A stretch of DNA of 64,000 nucleotides. Origin: Paramoeba atlantica. Its lineage: Eukaryota; Protista; Discosea. Position 1 is the stretch's first letter. Each line of letters opens with the position of its first letter. The stretch spans positions 682,001 to 746,000 of the forward strand of contig CDRNVI010000029.1 in assembly GCA_977017575.1 (NCBI GenBank). The letters run 5' to 3'. The position numbers and the translations under genes were made by a program. The notes under the pieces are model-generated. The model did not search any database. It saw only the letters and a program-made list of their open reading frames with translations, and was not told the DNA's origin. Of the stretch, positions 31,220 to 41,849 are shown piece by piece.

Positions 31220-34069
31220 ATGTCGACGGAGGCATCCGAGTGCGTCGTGGATTGTGATACAACACGTATCCTTTCTTCGTCTTATTTACAGAAAGTGCCA
31301 CAACCAGATCCTATTCTTATACACATACTACAAGCTACGGAAGTCCTATTTCATACAAAAGGAGCATTTCGTAGCGAGGAAAGCAACAGTGACATATCAC
31401 TTCAAGTGCTTTATCCGGACCTTTGGCAGCGCATACAATCATCTGGTCCATGCACTGAAACCTCTTCTTGTGGGGTTAAGCGACTGACATTCGCACTTCT
31501 GCATTGCATGCTTCTGCAGCCCACTAGAGTGCGTACTCTCAAATGTTTTCTACCCCATACTGTGCATCATTTAATCTGCAGCGTGCATGCTATCACACTT
31601 CCGATAGGACAACTTCTTGAAGATTTAATTTTAGGCTCAATCATACACTGCACCGATTGGGCCATCATCCTGTACTTGGCATGGATAACCCAATCATACA
31701 AGTTTTTGAAGTGTCGCACAGTTATGATGAACTCCTTACATAAGGCAATAAACGCGTCGAGTGATTCCTTACACCACAAATCTCCACATTTTACAGGCGA
31801 CTGTCATGAACTTGCGCATGAAGCATTAATTATTCTTGGTTTTTCTGACGAAAAGCGTTCAGAATTCTTTGCCTCCTTCCAATTCTTATCCTCACGCACA
31901 AACGGTTGCGATTTATCGATTGCAACTCTTTTTAACACTGTTAGCTCACCCCCGCGAGCCCAAACCTATGGAGCTTACCACCTCTTTGAAAATCCTTCTT
32001 CGCCAAGTTCTGTATACATTTTTCCTAAGCAAAGAGACGACACCCCTGTGTTTGTCGTGCAACACACTACAGAGGACATCTCGGCTGCATCTTCCTTAGC
32101 AAATAAGGCGCACAACTTTGATGACGATGCAAACATGGATATTGTAAAAATGTTTACCACTTGCTTCCTTCAGAATACGCAAAACGCTGGTCGGCTTGTT
32201 ACGAGGTGGCTTTTGGATCCGAAAAAGATATTTTCACTTCAAAGGAGTCCAACTACTGGGCATCGCTCATGGATACAAATATTGTGTAATTCAAACCATA
32301 TGCTGCGTCGAAGGTTATTCGTACGTCAAATATTGTGGAGCAATGCCTCCAATCTTAGCGAATGTGTTGGGTGTCTTTTATCCATGCATGATGCTTTTTT
32401 TCTACCTGAGGCAAGCCACTCTTTGTGTCATGATGGTGCAGAAGAGCAAAAGGAAGGGCACGAATGGAAAGAGAGAAGCGCTTTTTCATTATCGTTAAAC
32501 GTTCTCTGCATTTTAGAAGAGTTTTTGTCCATTGAGCTGCAATGCACGAATGGGTGGTATTCGGAATCTTCTGAGCAACAAGGGACCCATAGTCCCCACC
32601 ACCAGGCTAACCCATCAAAGTTTTGGATGATCATACTTCTGTTGCGTCTATCACAACTACCAAACGGCAAAGGTGGGGATATTGCGAGCTTTACATTGTT
32701 ACATGCCATTTCCTATATGTACCGTCATATCATGCTTCTAGATGTCACTCTTGTTCATCGATTACGTCACCTTGTGGTTCATTTAGGACAGTCCTACGCT
32801 TTTGAAATGCCTTGGTCGTTGTGGTATGAAATGTGTACGGATTACTCGGATTCGCGCCTGGGCGTTTGCAGAAAGCTTTTCCTTCACGAAATTCTGAGTG
32901 ATATGACGGTACGCTCGTTTTCCCGCCGAGTACTTCGCGCTGTTCCTGAAGAACTTCATGCTCTCGTTCCTCGCACGCCACGTCGCGGGGCTCGTGACTC
33001 CTTCCGCCGCCTAGCAAGTCTAGAAAAGATTCTTGGGTCGAAAAACATGTTCATGTTAAAAAATGTCATGTTTCGGCTACGTGATTTATATTCCCCAAAT
33101 GTTGACTGTGACGCAAGTGAAAGTGCTCATATTCAGCTGATGCATTCTATTTTGTGTGAAAGTGAAGTGTCCCTCTGCTATCAGAGGGAATTGTTACATT
33201 TTTCACGTGACATATTTAGCGAATTAGACCTTTCGTTGTACGAGCAACTGAATCAGCATACGGATCTTGAGAGGGGAATCTTAAAAGAGGGAAAACGAGT
33301 TTCTATTCTACATTTCAAAATCTATGTGGAACTTTTGAATCACATTCTTACCTTCTGGAAAGGTAACTCTGCTGCGAGATTTCACACGTTTTGTAACGTA
33401 ATAAAGTCCGGGGTTTGTAGGCCTATACACATTGCGCTATGGTTGGAACAACCAGAAATTGTTCAAATCTGGGAGCAAAGTTGGATTACCGACGTACTTG
33501 TATATGCAATAGATCATGTCTTGCGGCCATCTGTCGAAAACATCTCTGAAGCGGGCAGCTTGTGTGCATCGAACACACGAGAGATTAGTACATCTGAGGC
33601 TAGTTACGTGCATGCAAAATGGGAATACGAAGTACGAGTTTTCCTTTTAGTATCACTACAGGCTTTATGTCAGCACATTTCAACGGCATGTTGTACTGAA
33701 AAAGAAGAGGTAAAAAAAATTATGGAATCTTCCCATGGGAAAGAAGGTATGAACCCGAAATGGCACACCAAAAACGTAGTTTGGCTTCGGGGAGCTGTAG
33801 GCATGGTGCGTATCTTACTGCGCTCAGCGCATAACAATTGTATTGCGGCGCGACTTCCTTCGCTATCGGCATGCTTGCGTGACATAGTTTTCATCGAGGG
33901 ATCAACTAATGATTTTTTGATAATCATGTTTATGGAAGTATTCGCACCACAAAAACTTCTCTATCGAGAGAATAATCTTTCAGAACGAACGCGAACATCA
34001 AATCTCAAATCCACGGAGAGTAGAAAACCCTTGATTTGCTTTCGAGAATTTTTAGAATATGAAAAATAG
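31220..34069 (+). CDS. Nuclear cap-binding complex large subunit (CBP80/NCBP1-like; kinetoplastid CBP110-like)
   Basis: LVVHLGQSYAFEMPWSLW...FLHEILSDMTVRSFSRRVLRAVPEEL..LVP matches, by recalled alignment, the CBP80 segment FSHHLSNF.F.W.W..W...FVREVL...RLSY..RI..IVP..F..L.P. Confidence 0.65.
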   Translation: MSTEASECVVDCDTTRILSSSYLQKVPQPDPILIHILQATEVLFHTKGAFRSEESNSDISLQVLYPDLWQRIQSSGPCTETSSCGVKRLTFALLHCMLLQPTRVRTLKCFLPHTVHHLICSVHAITLPIGQLLEDLILGSIIHCTDWAIILYLAWITQSYKFLKCRTVMMNSLHKAINASSDSLHHKSPHFTGDCHELAHEALIILGFSDEKRSEFFASFQFLSSRTNGCDLSIATLFNTVSSPPRAQTYGAYHLFENPSSPSSVYIFPKQRDDTPVFVVQHTTEDISAASSLANKAHNFDDDANMDIVKMFTTCFLQNTQNAGRLVTRWLLDPKKIFSLQRSPTTGHRSWIQILCNSNHMLRRRLFVRQILWSNASNLSECVGCLLSMHDAFFLPEASHSLCHDGAEEQKEGHEWKERSAFSLSLNVLCILEEFLSIELQCTNGWYSESSEQQGTHSPHHQANPSKFWMIILLLRLSQLPNGKGGDIASFTLLHAISYMYRHIMLLDVTLVHRLRHLVVHLGQSYAFEMPWSLWYEMCTDYSDSRLGVCRKLFLHEILSDMTVRSFSRRVLRAVPEELHALVPRTPRRGARDSFRRLASLEKILGSKNMFMLKNVMFRLRDLYSPNVDCDASESAHIQLMHSILCESEVSLCYQRELLHFSRDIFSELDLSLYEQLNQHTDLERGILKEGKRVSILHFKIYVELLNHILTFWKGNSAARFHTFCNVIKSGVCRPIHIALWLEQPEIVQIWEQSWITDVLVYAIDHVLRPSVENISEAGSLCASNTREISTSEASYVHAKWEYEVRVFLLVSLQALCQHISTACCTEKEEVKKIMESSHGKEGMNPKWHTKNVVWLRGAVGMVRILLRSAHNNCIAARLPSLSACLRDIVFIEGSTNDFLIIMFMEVFAPQKLLYRENNLSERTRTSNLKSTESRKPLICFREFLEYEK

Positions 34070-34239
34070 GAAAAGTAACGTTGCTTTTCACCAATACATT
34101 ATTAAACACAAGCACTAACATCTTTACTTTAAGTCAAAGGAGTTTTGCTTCGAGAGGGTTTATAGCGTCATTGTCTAGTTAACATTTATTACTCAAGGGT
34201 ATGTAATCAAGATGTTTGAAGCATAACATCAGAAACGTC

Positions 34240-37065
34240 ATGCGCTTAACTTGGATTGATTATGATGGAGGCCTGCCTAAACTCTATTTGGAGGTTTTTC
34301 GTGACGTTCACTGTAAGGTATTGCTTTTAACACCTTCACAACTTGGTGTATTAGAAGGGCCAAAGACGTTTGATAGCGAACACCATGACACGAGTCCTCC
34401 TGATCCTTCTCCGTTTGCTGCCTTACGAACACTTTCAACTTTTGAATTTGTTCGCTTGATTTCGGAACCAATAAGTTTACAAAAGCATATCCACGAATAT
34501 GTTATGACTCCATATAGCTTGATGAGTGCAGCGGCGTGCGGTATGACCACAGCGGATGTGTTGTTCGGCCTGTACGTTGCTCTAGGCGGAAAAGTGTGCT
34601 CAGAAAATGTTGTTGAATTTATGCTGTTGCTAAAATTGCTTACCGTAAACGATTGTGGGCGTTCAGAGGTTGTTCCTTGCTCTAGGACTACAAATAAATC
34701 TCCAGCACAAAGGAAGAAAAAGAAATCAAATTCGAAATCATCCCAAAATGAGATGGAAAGAGGGAAACAGCCAAGAGAGTTCGAAGAGATCAATAACAGC
34801 CTTCCCCGTGATCATAGCATTTCAATTATCTCATTCTTTAAAGAGCTTGCACCAACTAGGGTTATTTCATACATTATGAATATTTACGAAAAGTACAATA
34901 AAATGAGCATTGTACTCGGCTCATTGAAAGGTACAACGCAAAATACAAGTCCTTACTTTCACAAGAGCAAGAGTGCATACTCTCTGGAATTACAAAAGAC
35001 CAGCGACGGCGTCAATTTGTTAGCGAAATCAATGGCTCCTTCTCTCTCGAAGAACGAACGTCCGATTGCTCAAGGCTCGTTAGCCAGTCCCGATAAAATA
35101 CACATCGACGAACAAGGAGGTGGTACTCTTGAATGCAGTGACAGCAAAGCCAAGCCTACATCAGAGTCTTTCTCCTCAGAGCAACCACATTTTCAAAATT
35201 CATCTTTTAATGCTGATTATGTTTTAGAGATGGAGGCGCCCGAATCGATTTCAGAAATGCTACAAAGCCGCTTCGATCTTGTTCCTGTAGAGAGAGGAAG
35301 TCCATCTAGTGTAAGTACTGTAGAGAAAACTTTCATTCATTTTGAAAATCAAGATCTTAAGGAGAAACCCAGTTTCCGTTCTGCTAAAAGAAACTTTGTC
35401 ATTCCTATGCGTAATCTGAAATCATTGAAAACGTACCTCATTGACACCTGCGGATACTCCGTCATGCAAGAGTACGACTTTCGAAAAGAAAATGATTTCT
35501 CTCTTCCTCCTCTATCCATCTCTCTAGAAAGTTCTGTTTTCTTACGTCCGTATCAACGCGAAGCGTTGAGCCATTTTGTTATAAATGGCCAAAGAGCTGT
35601 CAGTGGGATTATAGTTCTTCCTTGTGGAGCAGGAAAGACTCTTTTAGGTATCAGTGCACTATGCACAGTAGGGAGACCGGCCGTTGTTGTTTGTCCGTCT
35701 GCAGTATCCGTTGAACAATGGAAAAGACAATTTCTTGAATTCACGACTTCGATAAATACGAACGATCCAAATGTTAAAACTCAAGTACGTTCTCTTCTTA
35801 GCCGGGGTAAACAATCTATTACGAATTCAACTTCAATCATTCTGACAACTTACAGCATGTTGTGTGTAGATCCCGCACGTCGCTCGGAAAAGAGTAGGCG
35901 CATGATTGACCGTCTGACGTCTCGACCATGGGGTACGCTCATACTCGACGAAGTACATTCACTTCCTGCAAATATTTTTCAGCGAATTATGTCACAGGTT
36001 CACGCAAGGTGCGTTTTAGGCCTCACAGCGACTCTGCTACGCGAGGACGACAAGGTTCAAAACCTCACACATCTGGTCGGACCGAAATTGTATGAGGTGT
36101 CAAGAAATTATTTAGTGCAACAAAATTATCTTGCCCAAGTATCGTGCGTCCAACTAACATGTACTATGACTCCTCCTTTTTTGAAAGAGTATTCTCGACC
36201 AGGGTCTCCAATGCCGCTTCGACTTTGTCTCGCTGCATCCAATCCACAAAAAATTAGAGAGTGTGTTCATCTTTGCCAAAAACATACCCGTAATGGAGAT
36301 AAGGTTATGGTGTTCTCGGATTCACTTTTTGCCTTACACATCTGCCGTGAGGCATTGCGCTGTCCTATTCTGACGGGCAAAACCCCTCATCATGAACGAC
36401 TTGCTATCCTTTCGGATTTTCAGCACTCTTTGTCATGTTCAGTGCTTTGTATTAGTCGAGTGGGCGACACAAGCATTAACCTCCCCGCGGCTTCTGTATT
36501 GGTCCAAATTAGTTTTCAAGGTGGAAGTCGTCGTCAAGAAGTTCAACGTATCGGCCGTTTGCTTCAACCCAAACCCTCGGGTGGTTCGACGTATTTCTAC
36601 AGTCTCATTAGCAGCCACACCCACGAAATCTCATTTGCGCATAGACGTCGTTCCTACCTGGAGCAACAAGGGTATCAAATTCTTTCAAAAAGAAGCTTTT
36701 TGGATCCTTCGTTGCAGTCTTCCTATGGAATCACATTGCCTATGTCCTCCAACGAAGGCGTTCTTGACGTTCTGGGACGCGCGATTAGCCAGTGGGAATC
36801 TGTCTTTCACGACGACATGCTCGAACAGCGAACCCTTCTCGACGATACTTTGATACCATCCATTGCAAACGGGGGAAGCAAAGAAAATACGTGGAAAAGA
36901 TCAAGAAATGCAGTAGAGTCACCTCCGTTTTCCGCTAACGATTGGATTGAACATCGTGAGGAAGGCATAGTGATGAGACATGGATCTCTTGCTGATCTCT
37001 CTGTGGGGGAGAATGATCTCGTTTTCTCGGAGTATACGTTGCTAGATGAGAAAGTGGTTTCATAG
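34240..37065 (+). CDS. XPB: XPB/ERCC3 superfamily-2 DNA helicase (TFIIH)
   Basis: SEPIS...HIHEY..TPYSL, LRPYQ, SGIIVLPCGAGKT (Walker A), LDEVH, LGLTATL.RED and GSRRQE.QR.GR. Confidence 0.95.
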   Translation: MRLTWIDYDGGLPKLYLEVFRDVHCKVLLLTPSQLGVLEGPKTFDSEHHDTSPPDPSPFAALRTLSTFEFVRLISEPISLQKHIHEYVMTPYSLMSAAACGMTTADVLFGLYVALGGKVCSENVVEFMLLLKLLTVNDCGRSEVVPCSRTTNKSPAQRKKKKSNSKSSQNEMERGKQPREFEEINNSLPRDHSISIISFFKELAPTRVISYIMNIYEKYNKMSIVLGSLKGTTQNTSPYFHKSKSAYSLELQKTSDGVNLLAKSMAPSLSKNERPIAQGSLASPDKIHIDEQGGGTLECSDSKAKPTSESFSSEQPHFQNSSFNADYVLEMEAPESISEMLQSRFDLVPVERGSPSSVSTVEKTFIHFENQDLKEKPSFRSAKRNFVIPMRNLKSLKTYLIDTCGYSVMQEYDFRKENDFSLPPLSISLESSVFLRPYQREALSHFVINGQRAVSGIIVLPCGAGKTLLGISALCTVGRPAVVVCPSAVSVEQWKRQFLEFTTSINTNDPNVKTQVRSLLSRGKQSITNSTSIILTTYSMLCVDPARRSEKSRRMIDRLTSRPWGTLILDEVHSLPANIFQRIMSQVHARCVLGLTATLLREDDKVQNLTHLVGPKLYEVSRNYLVQQNYLAQVSCVQLTCTMTPPFLKEYSRPGSPMPLRLCLAASNPQKIRECVHLCQKHTRNGDKVMVFSDSLFALHICREALRCPILTGKTPHHERLAILSDFQHSLSCSVLCISRVGDTSINLPAASVLVQISFQGGSRRQEVQRIGRLLQPKPSGGSTYFYSLISSHTHEISFAHRRRSYLEQQGYQILSKRSFLDPSLQSSYGITLPMSSNEGVLDVLGRAISQWESVFHDDMLEQRTLLDDTLIPSIANGGSKENTWKRSRNAVESPPFSANDWIEHREEGIVMRHGSLADLSVGENDLVFSEYTLLDEKVVS

Positions 37066-37248
37066 AGGCTCTAGAAATTGAAAAGAAAGTAAATAATTAA
37101 CGCGACTCTATCTTGAGTTTTATCGATGCAGGGCGAAAACCTATAGAGAGAATTACTCCTTGCGAGGACAGCGCAATGACGCCTGTCGCACGGAGGGTTC
37201 GTCATAGAGCCACGCCAACGTGGTCCTCAAGGGAGGTCCCGTAGTGCA

Positions 37249-37476
37249 TTGGGGGGGTACTGGGTTTTCGCTTGGGGGGTATCAATGAGTGTCTGCAAGA
37301 GGACGCACCCACACAGCATTGTTGAGAGGCTGCAAGAAGCCTTTCGGCTACACAGCATCGTTGAGTGGCTGCAAGAGGGTGCGTCGCACACAGCATTAAA
37401 GAGAGGCTTTCCCCGGCATCCATCCAGTGGGAGCATTCGGCGGGCAATGAACACCCCGCTGCACACAGGGGTGTGA
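37249..37476 (+). pseudogene. Possible ankyrin-repeat remnant built from ~39-bp tandem units
   Basis: Three ~39-bp units at 37286-37410; the translation contains HSIVERLQE, HSIVEWLQEGA and NTPLH. Confidence 0.3.
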
Positions 37477-37635
37477 GGTCGCGCATCTCCTACTTTAACG
37501 GAAACATAAGTTTCCGTCCCTAGCCGTAGGGACGGCTATTTAATTCCAGGGCAGCAAAAGCGATACTTTTAATATTTCAAGTTGAAACTTTCAACAGTTC
37601 CCGATAGCCAATAGATATTGTGAACCTTACTAGAA

Positions 37636-38308
37636 CGGGACCCCGAGTGGGAAACAGCGGCCCGCCTTCGGTACTTGGTCTCCCCGACCTCCGAACCTGA
37701 ACTACAGTGCGTGTGCGGCGCCACCCTCAGGAACGAGGATTTTTGCATCCACGCGCTGGACTGCAAGAAGGTCAGGGGCAAGACCCAAGCCTCTCGACAT
37801 AAAGTAGTTAAGGAAACCTTCCGAAACCTCCTAATCAACTATGGTTTCTCCCCAGACCTTTGCGAACCCAGGTTCGACAACGGTCGAGGCCCTGACATAT
37901 GATTCCAACTGGGCCGGAAGCTCGCCGTTGTGGACGTCACCGTGGTCAACCCACTGGCCCCGTCCTACGTAGATAAGGAGGCCGCCCATCCCTCTTATAC
38001 ACTGAGGATGGCGGAAGGCAACAAGCGCCGCGCCCATGACGAGATGGCGGCCGCCAGAGGGATGGATTTTTTCCCCCTGGCCTTCATCACCTATGGGGTG
38101 CCTGGCCCAGAGACCCTCAATTTTCTCAATAGGGTGGCCAGAGCACACACGTCCGACAGGGCCGGATGTCTCTCTCACCCTCTGATGGCTATGGGAGTAG
38201 CCATCCAGAAGGGCAATGCCCAGATAGTGCAAGCGGCGGTACAGGATTGGTACCGTCGCGGGGTGCGCTAACTGGGGTAGGAGGGGGGGTGAAAATATAA
38301 TATAATAT
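37636..38308 (+). mobile_element. 5'-truncated CRE/SLACS-clade non-LTR retrotransposon (RLE domain only)
   Basis: CVCG...HALDC zinc knuckle, SRHKVV and GPDI...VVDVTVVNP restriction-like endonuclease. Near-identical to 62095-62690; ends GTGAAAATATAATATAAT. Confidence 0.92.
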
Positions 38309-38401
38309 CCGTCTTTTTTTAGGCTTCATACTTAGCAGGATCGGGGGTGGTGCTAAAAAACTTCCTAAAACTTTCATTTTCCTATCTGCGATTTTTACTA
38401 C

Positions 38402-38737
38402 ATGAGCAAATCTGAAGAAAGCAATTCCCCTAAAAAGGCTGTGTGGCCCTCAACACAATATATTAAGAGCAAGGAGAAAGTCAAAAATACGGAACTTGAA
38501 GTTAAAAGGGCAAAAAGGTCGTTGGAGTCCGAGTACACGGATCTCGATCCCTTTTCGATCACCGTGAAATGTATTTCTGTGGAGGTGGGCAAAGAAAGTT
38601 TTCGAACGTTTTTTTCGTCCTTCGGAACGATTGGCAAAATGACCCTTCTGTCTAACAAACATCTCGCCTTTGATTGTTATGAAACATTTGAACAGGCGAA
38701 ACGTGCTGAACACGCATGCCGATGCAAGTGCATCTAA
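38402..38737 (+). CDS. Small RRM-domain protein, possibly truncated or frameshifted
   Basis: ITVKCISVEVGKESFRTFFSSFGTIGKMTLL..KHLAFDCYETFEQAKRA fits RRM beta1-alpha1-beta2-beta3-alpha2; the last strand may lie in another frame (KAVVVFNAK). Confidence 0.55.
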   Translation: MSKSEESNSPKKAVWPSTQYIKSKEKVKNTELEVKRAKRSLESEYTDLDPFSITVKCISVEVGKESFRTFFSSFGTIGKMTLLSNKHLAFDCYETFEQAKRAEHACRCKCI

Positions 38738-39007
38738 AAGGAAAAATCAAAAAGCGGTGGTAGTCTTCAACGCGAAGCGCGCAGCATGAGTAACTCATGT
38801 TACTCATTCATGTTGACAACAACCACTGCGTTTAACGAAGAGCCTAAATTAGGGGTGCGGTCGTACCTTTGGAATGGGAAAAAAAGAACTACAAGTGTAG
38901 CGCCCAAGTCAAAGAGCGCGCAAGTTATCAGGCACACATAAAAATGTATTTGTAAGAAAACTGAACGAAAAGGAGATAAATAAAGGAAGATGATTGAAAA
39001 AAGGGTA

Positions 39008-39123
39008 CAGTAGAGCCTTAGAAAACAAAATGGAGAATTAAGGGACGGTTAATTACGGGACACTTTGGACCTGGTGGGGGATGTCCCTTAATTAAACCGT
39101 CCCGTAATAAATGCCATGCACTG
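39008..39123. mobile_element. Small Tigger-like MITE with an internal hairpin
   Basis: TA|CAGT...CACTG|TA ends; internal inverted repeat GGGACGGTTAATTACGGGACA / TGTCCCTTAATTAAACCGTCCC. Confidence 0.5.
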
Positions 39124-39469
39124 TAATAGAAAAAAGGGTTACCATAAAAGTATTAAAAAATACAGTATCATAAGAAGCTACTCAAGCGCCGATCCCGACC
39201 GATCCCACCTGATAAGTGACAAGGTCCTCCAGGTTTCAGCCCTCTAATAAGTGTGCGGGGGGTTTAATAAAAAACAGGAGAAAGGGAATTTTTACTCAAA
39301 AGAATATGACCACCGAAAAATCGCCGCTTCGCGGCGGGAACGCCGAATAAGACAGCGATCGGCAGAATATGGCAGAATACGGCAGAATAGTCAGTTGCCT
39401 CCCCTCTAAATTCATAGTTTATTGGTCCTCAGTTTTATTCTCTATATGACATGCGCAAACAAGCGTCAC

Positions 39470-39560
39470 CGAGATCTTCAAAATGTAACAAAAATTAGCC
39501 CAAACGGACAAAGCAACAAAAATTTGGAGGGGGGTGACTTATCGTGTCCCGGGGTTTATG
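39470..39560. repeat. Dispersed copy of the module at ~670-750
   Basis: AAAATG(C/T)AACAAAAAT.AGC.CAAACGGACA...GAGGGGG(G)TGACTT.TCG...GGGGTTTAT is shared between the two sites. Confidence 0.7.
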
Positions 39561-39691
39561 TGGGGCTCGCGGTAATTGGCTTTATTAAATTGGATTAAAT
39601 TTTACGAAAATAGATAAGTTATCGAATACGCAATATTCAATATTATTTATTTTGCTTTAAAAGGTCATTATTCATTTTAGCCCACGAATGC

Positions 39692-40330
39692 ATGCATGCA
39701 ACGAAGCCTACAATCCAATACAGTTTTTTGACAGGTAAAAAATTGCCATTGTACATATGTGAGAAACTTTCTCACGCTTTGGGGCATCGCAGCTTTACAG
39801 GTAAATTCTGGATTACTGCAAAGCAACTTCGCAATTGCGCTCTCAAACCTCGACGTGGAGAACGTCCCATGGACATCGTTTGTCAATTTAACGATCTCAA
39901 AAATACTGTTGTGGTACAGTTCTACAATTTGGAACAACTTCATCGCGAATCCAAGGAGTCGCGATGTAATATGTTTTACAAAGTAAACAGAAACTGGGAG
40001 ACTAAGAGCGAAAGCTCCGAAACGGATTCCCGCGAAGAGAAATTCTGCGTTATGCGTAGTTTTTCTTCTAAAGATTCGTTTCCCAATCCGATGCAAAAGC
40101 GTTTTCTGCAGATGTATAAAACGCGGCAGCTAAGTTCCCCCTATTGGGTCTCTGAGGATAAGCTTCAAGTATTGGATATGTCTCCTTCGCCGAATGCCCA
40201 ATGCCTCTCATATGACAAGGCAGGGGGTACTGTACGTCGCTGGTATAACATAGATGATGTTTCTAATTTCTATTCCGTTTTTCCTCAATATCGCAATGGC
40301 GCTGGTCCTCATTTGCTTCTCCATCCTTAG
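39692..40330 (+). CDS. Tc38/RBP38 (ArdC-N-like) tandem-domain protein, probably mitochondrial/kDNA-associated
   Basis: Two repeats of the pattern S..TG..L.......F...W.T..Q......L....GE.P......FYN.EQ; the second is PYWVSED.L...WYNIDD. Confidence 0.72.
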   Translation: MHATKPTIQYSFLTGKKLPLYICEKLSHALGHRSFTGKFWITAKQLRNCALKPRRGERPMDIVCQFNDLKNTVVVQFYNLEQLHRESKESRCNMFYKVNRNWETKSESSETDSREEKFCVMRSFSSKDSFPNPMQKRFLQMYKTRQLSSPYWVSEDKLQVLDMSPSPNAQCLSYDKAGGTVRRWYNIDDVSNFYSVFPQYRNGAGPHLLLHP

Positions 40331-40614
40331 TGAGGATTCCTCACAAAGACGAGAATATTACAAACGCTTAACATTGTAGTAATCTCTTTTCTCATTCCAT
40401 TCTTTCTAATCTTTCAGCACAAAATGATCATTCACAATCACGTAACAATTCATTTGGAAAAAACATTACAGGATGCGATTTGCCTCTACCATGATTACAA
40501 AAGCACTAGAATCACACCTTGCCCTCTTGCTTACTATTTTGACACCCCTTTTATCTGGCCAGTACTATCATTTCGCGGAACTTTATCTCAAACGATCGTA
40601 GACTTCCTACCGTA

Positions 40615-40915
40615 TACCCCCCAGTAAGAGAATGGGTTTTGGGTCGAAATGGCCAAATCTCTCATACTGGGGGGGTATGCTTTTTTGGCCAGTTTCCTCT
40701 TTTCTCTCAACTTTTTTGACTATTTTTCCATTTTTTCTTGTGAAAACGTGTTAAAACGCTTCTTTGGGTTACCCCCGAGGCACCCAATATGCAGACACCC
40801 ACCCCCTACCCCCTATACGCCTCCTGTGGGGCTCCCGAGCCAAATCTCTCTTACTGGGGGTCAGCCCAAAAAGGGCCAAATCTCTCTTACTGGGGAGTAC
40901 CTTACTGGGGGGGTA
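40615..40915. mobile_element. MITE with TACCCCCCAGTAAG TIRs and TA TSD; partial second copy from ~40928
   Basis: TA|TACCCCCCAGTAAG ... CTTACTGGGGGGGTA|TA; internal direct repeats CCAAATCTCTC(A/T)TACTGGGG at ~40653, 40840 and 40876. Confidence 0.75.
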
Positions 40916-41137
40916 TACAGTAGTATGATACCCCCCAGTAAGAGAGCTTCGGCCCTTTTTGGGTTTACACGCAGTAAGACTCTTACTCTCTTAAAGAGAG
41001 ATTTGGCTCCGAAATCTGCCTGGTTCGGGAGGCCTCTTGACTGGCCTTGTAGTTGTCCTGACATTCTTGGACATCCTGGTTCCTGAGGCCCAGAGGTATG
41101 AAAAACGAAAGAAAAAACGTACTGCAGGCGCTCCCTA

Positions 41138-41330
41138 GTTATCTGTCACACGGCACCCCGCTTAGTTATCTGTCACTTTTTGGTCCTAATTTTTTTCCCG
41201 TCGCCCACTATCCCCTGTAGTTACAGTATCTGTCAGTATACATTACATTAGTGTAACATTACATTAGTGTGTACATTACATTACACATTACAGTATCTGT
41301 CACACGTCATCCCCCCGCTAGTTAACTGTG
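41138..41330. repeat. Composite short tandem repeats ((A)GTTATCTGTCAC / TACAGTATCTGTCA and ACATT)
   Basis: Four copies of TATCTGTCA flanking an (ACATT)n/TAGTGT microsatellite. Confidence 0.7.
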
Positions 41331-41849
41331 ATTTTTTTCGTCATGTTTAAAAAACAAACGAATCTTTTACTTCCTTTCTTTTCAGTCTGAAAATGAATGG
41401 TCCTGTGTAGGAAGAAATGAAAGGGAAGACCACAAGGAGGTCCCAACCATATTTCCCCATTACGCACTCACATCAGGAGTGGTAAATTTTACAAATGTCT
41501 ACTCCCGTAGTCTACTCCTTCCTCGGAGTACTATCAAGTACATGTGCAGATAAACATGAACTAAACGCAATGAGCTGACAAAAAGAAATAACAAAAACAT
41601 TGAAAAATAATTCTGGCGCAGCTTCGCGCCGCAGCCAACCCCAAAAAAAAGGACTCTTAGGTAGGGGGTACAGTACTAAACAAAGGAATCCGAAAAATAT
41701 TTTTTACTAAAATATAGCAAGCATTTTCACAACATTTTTCAGTTTAAAGCAATTATCGTACAGTTCTGCACTGTATGTCTATGAATTTCAATGTCGTTGT
41801 GACTTAACCAGCCATACCCACGTGCAACCCCAACCACCCTCCCTCAACC

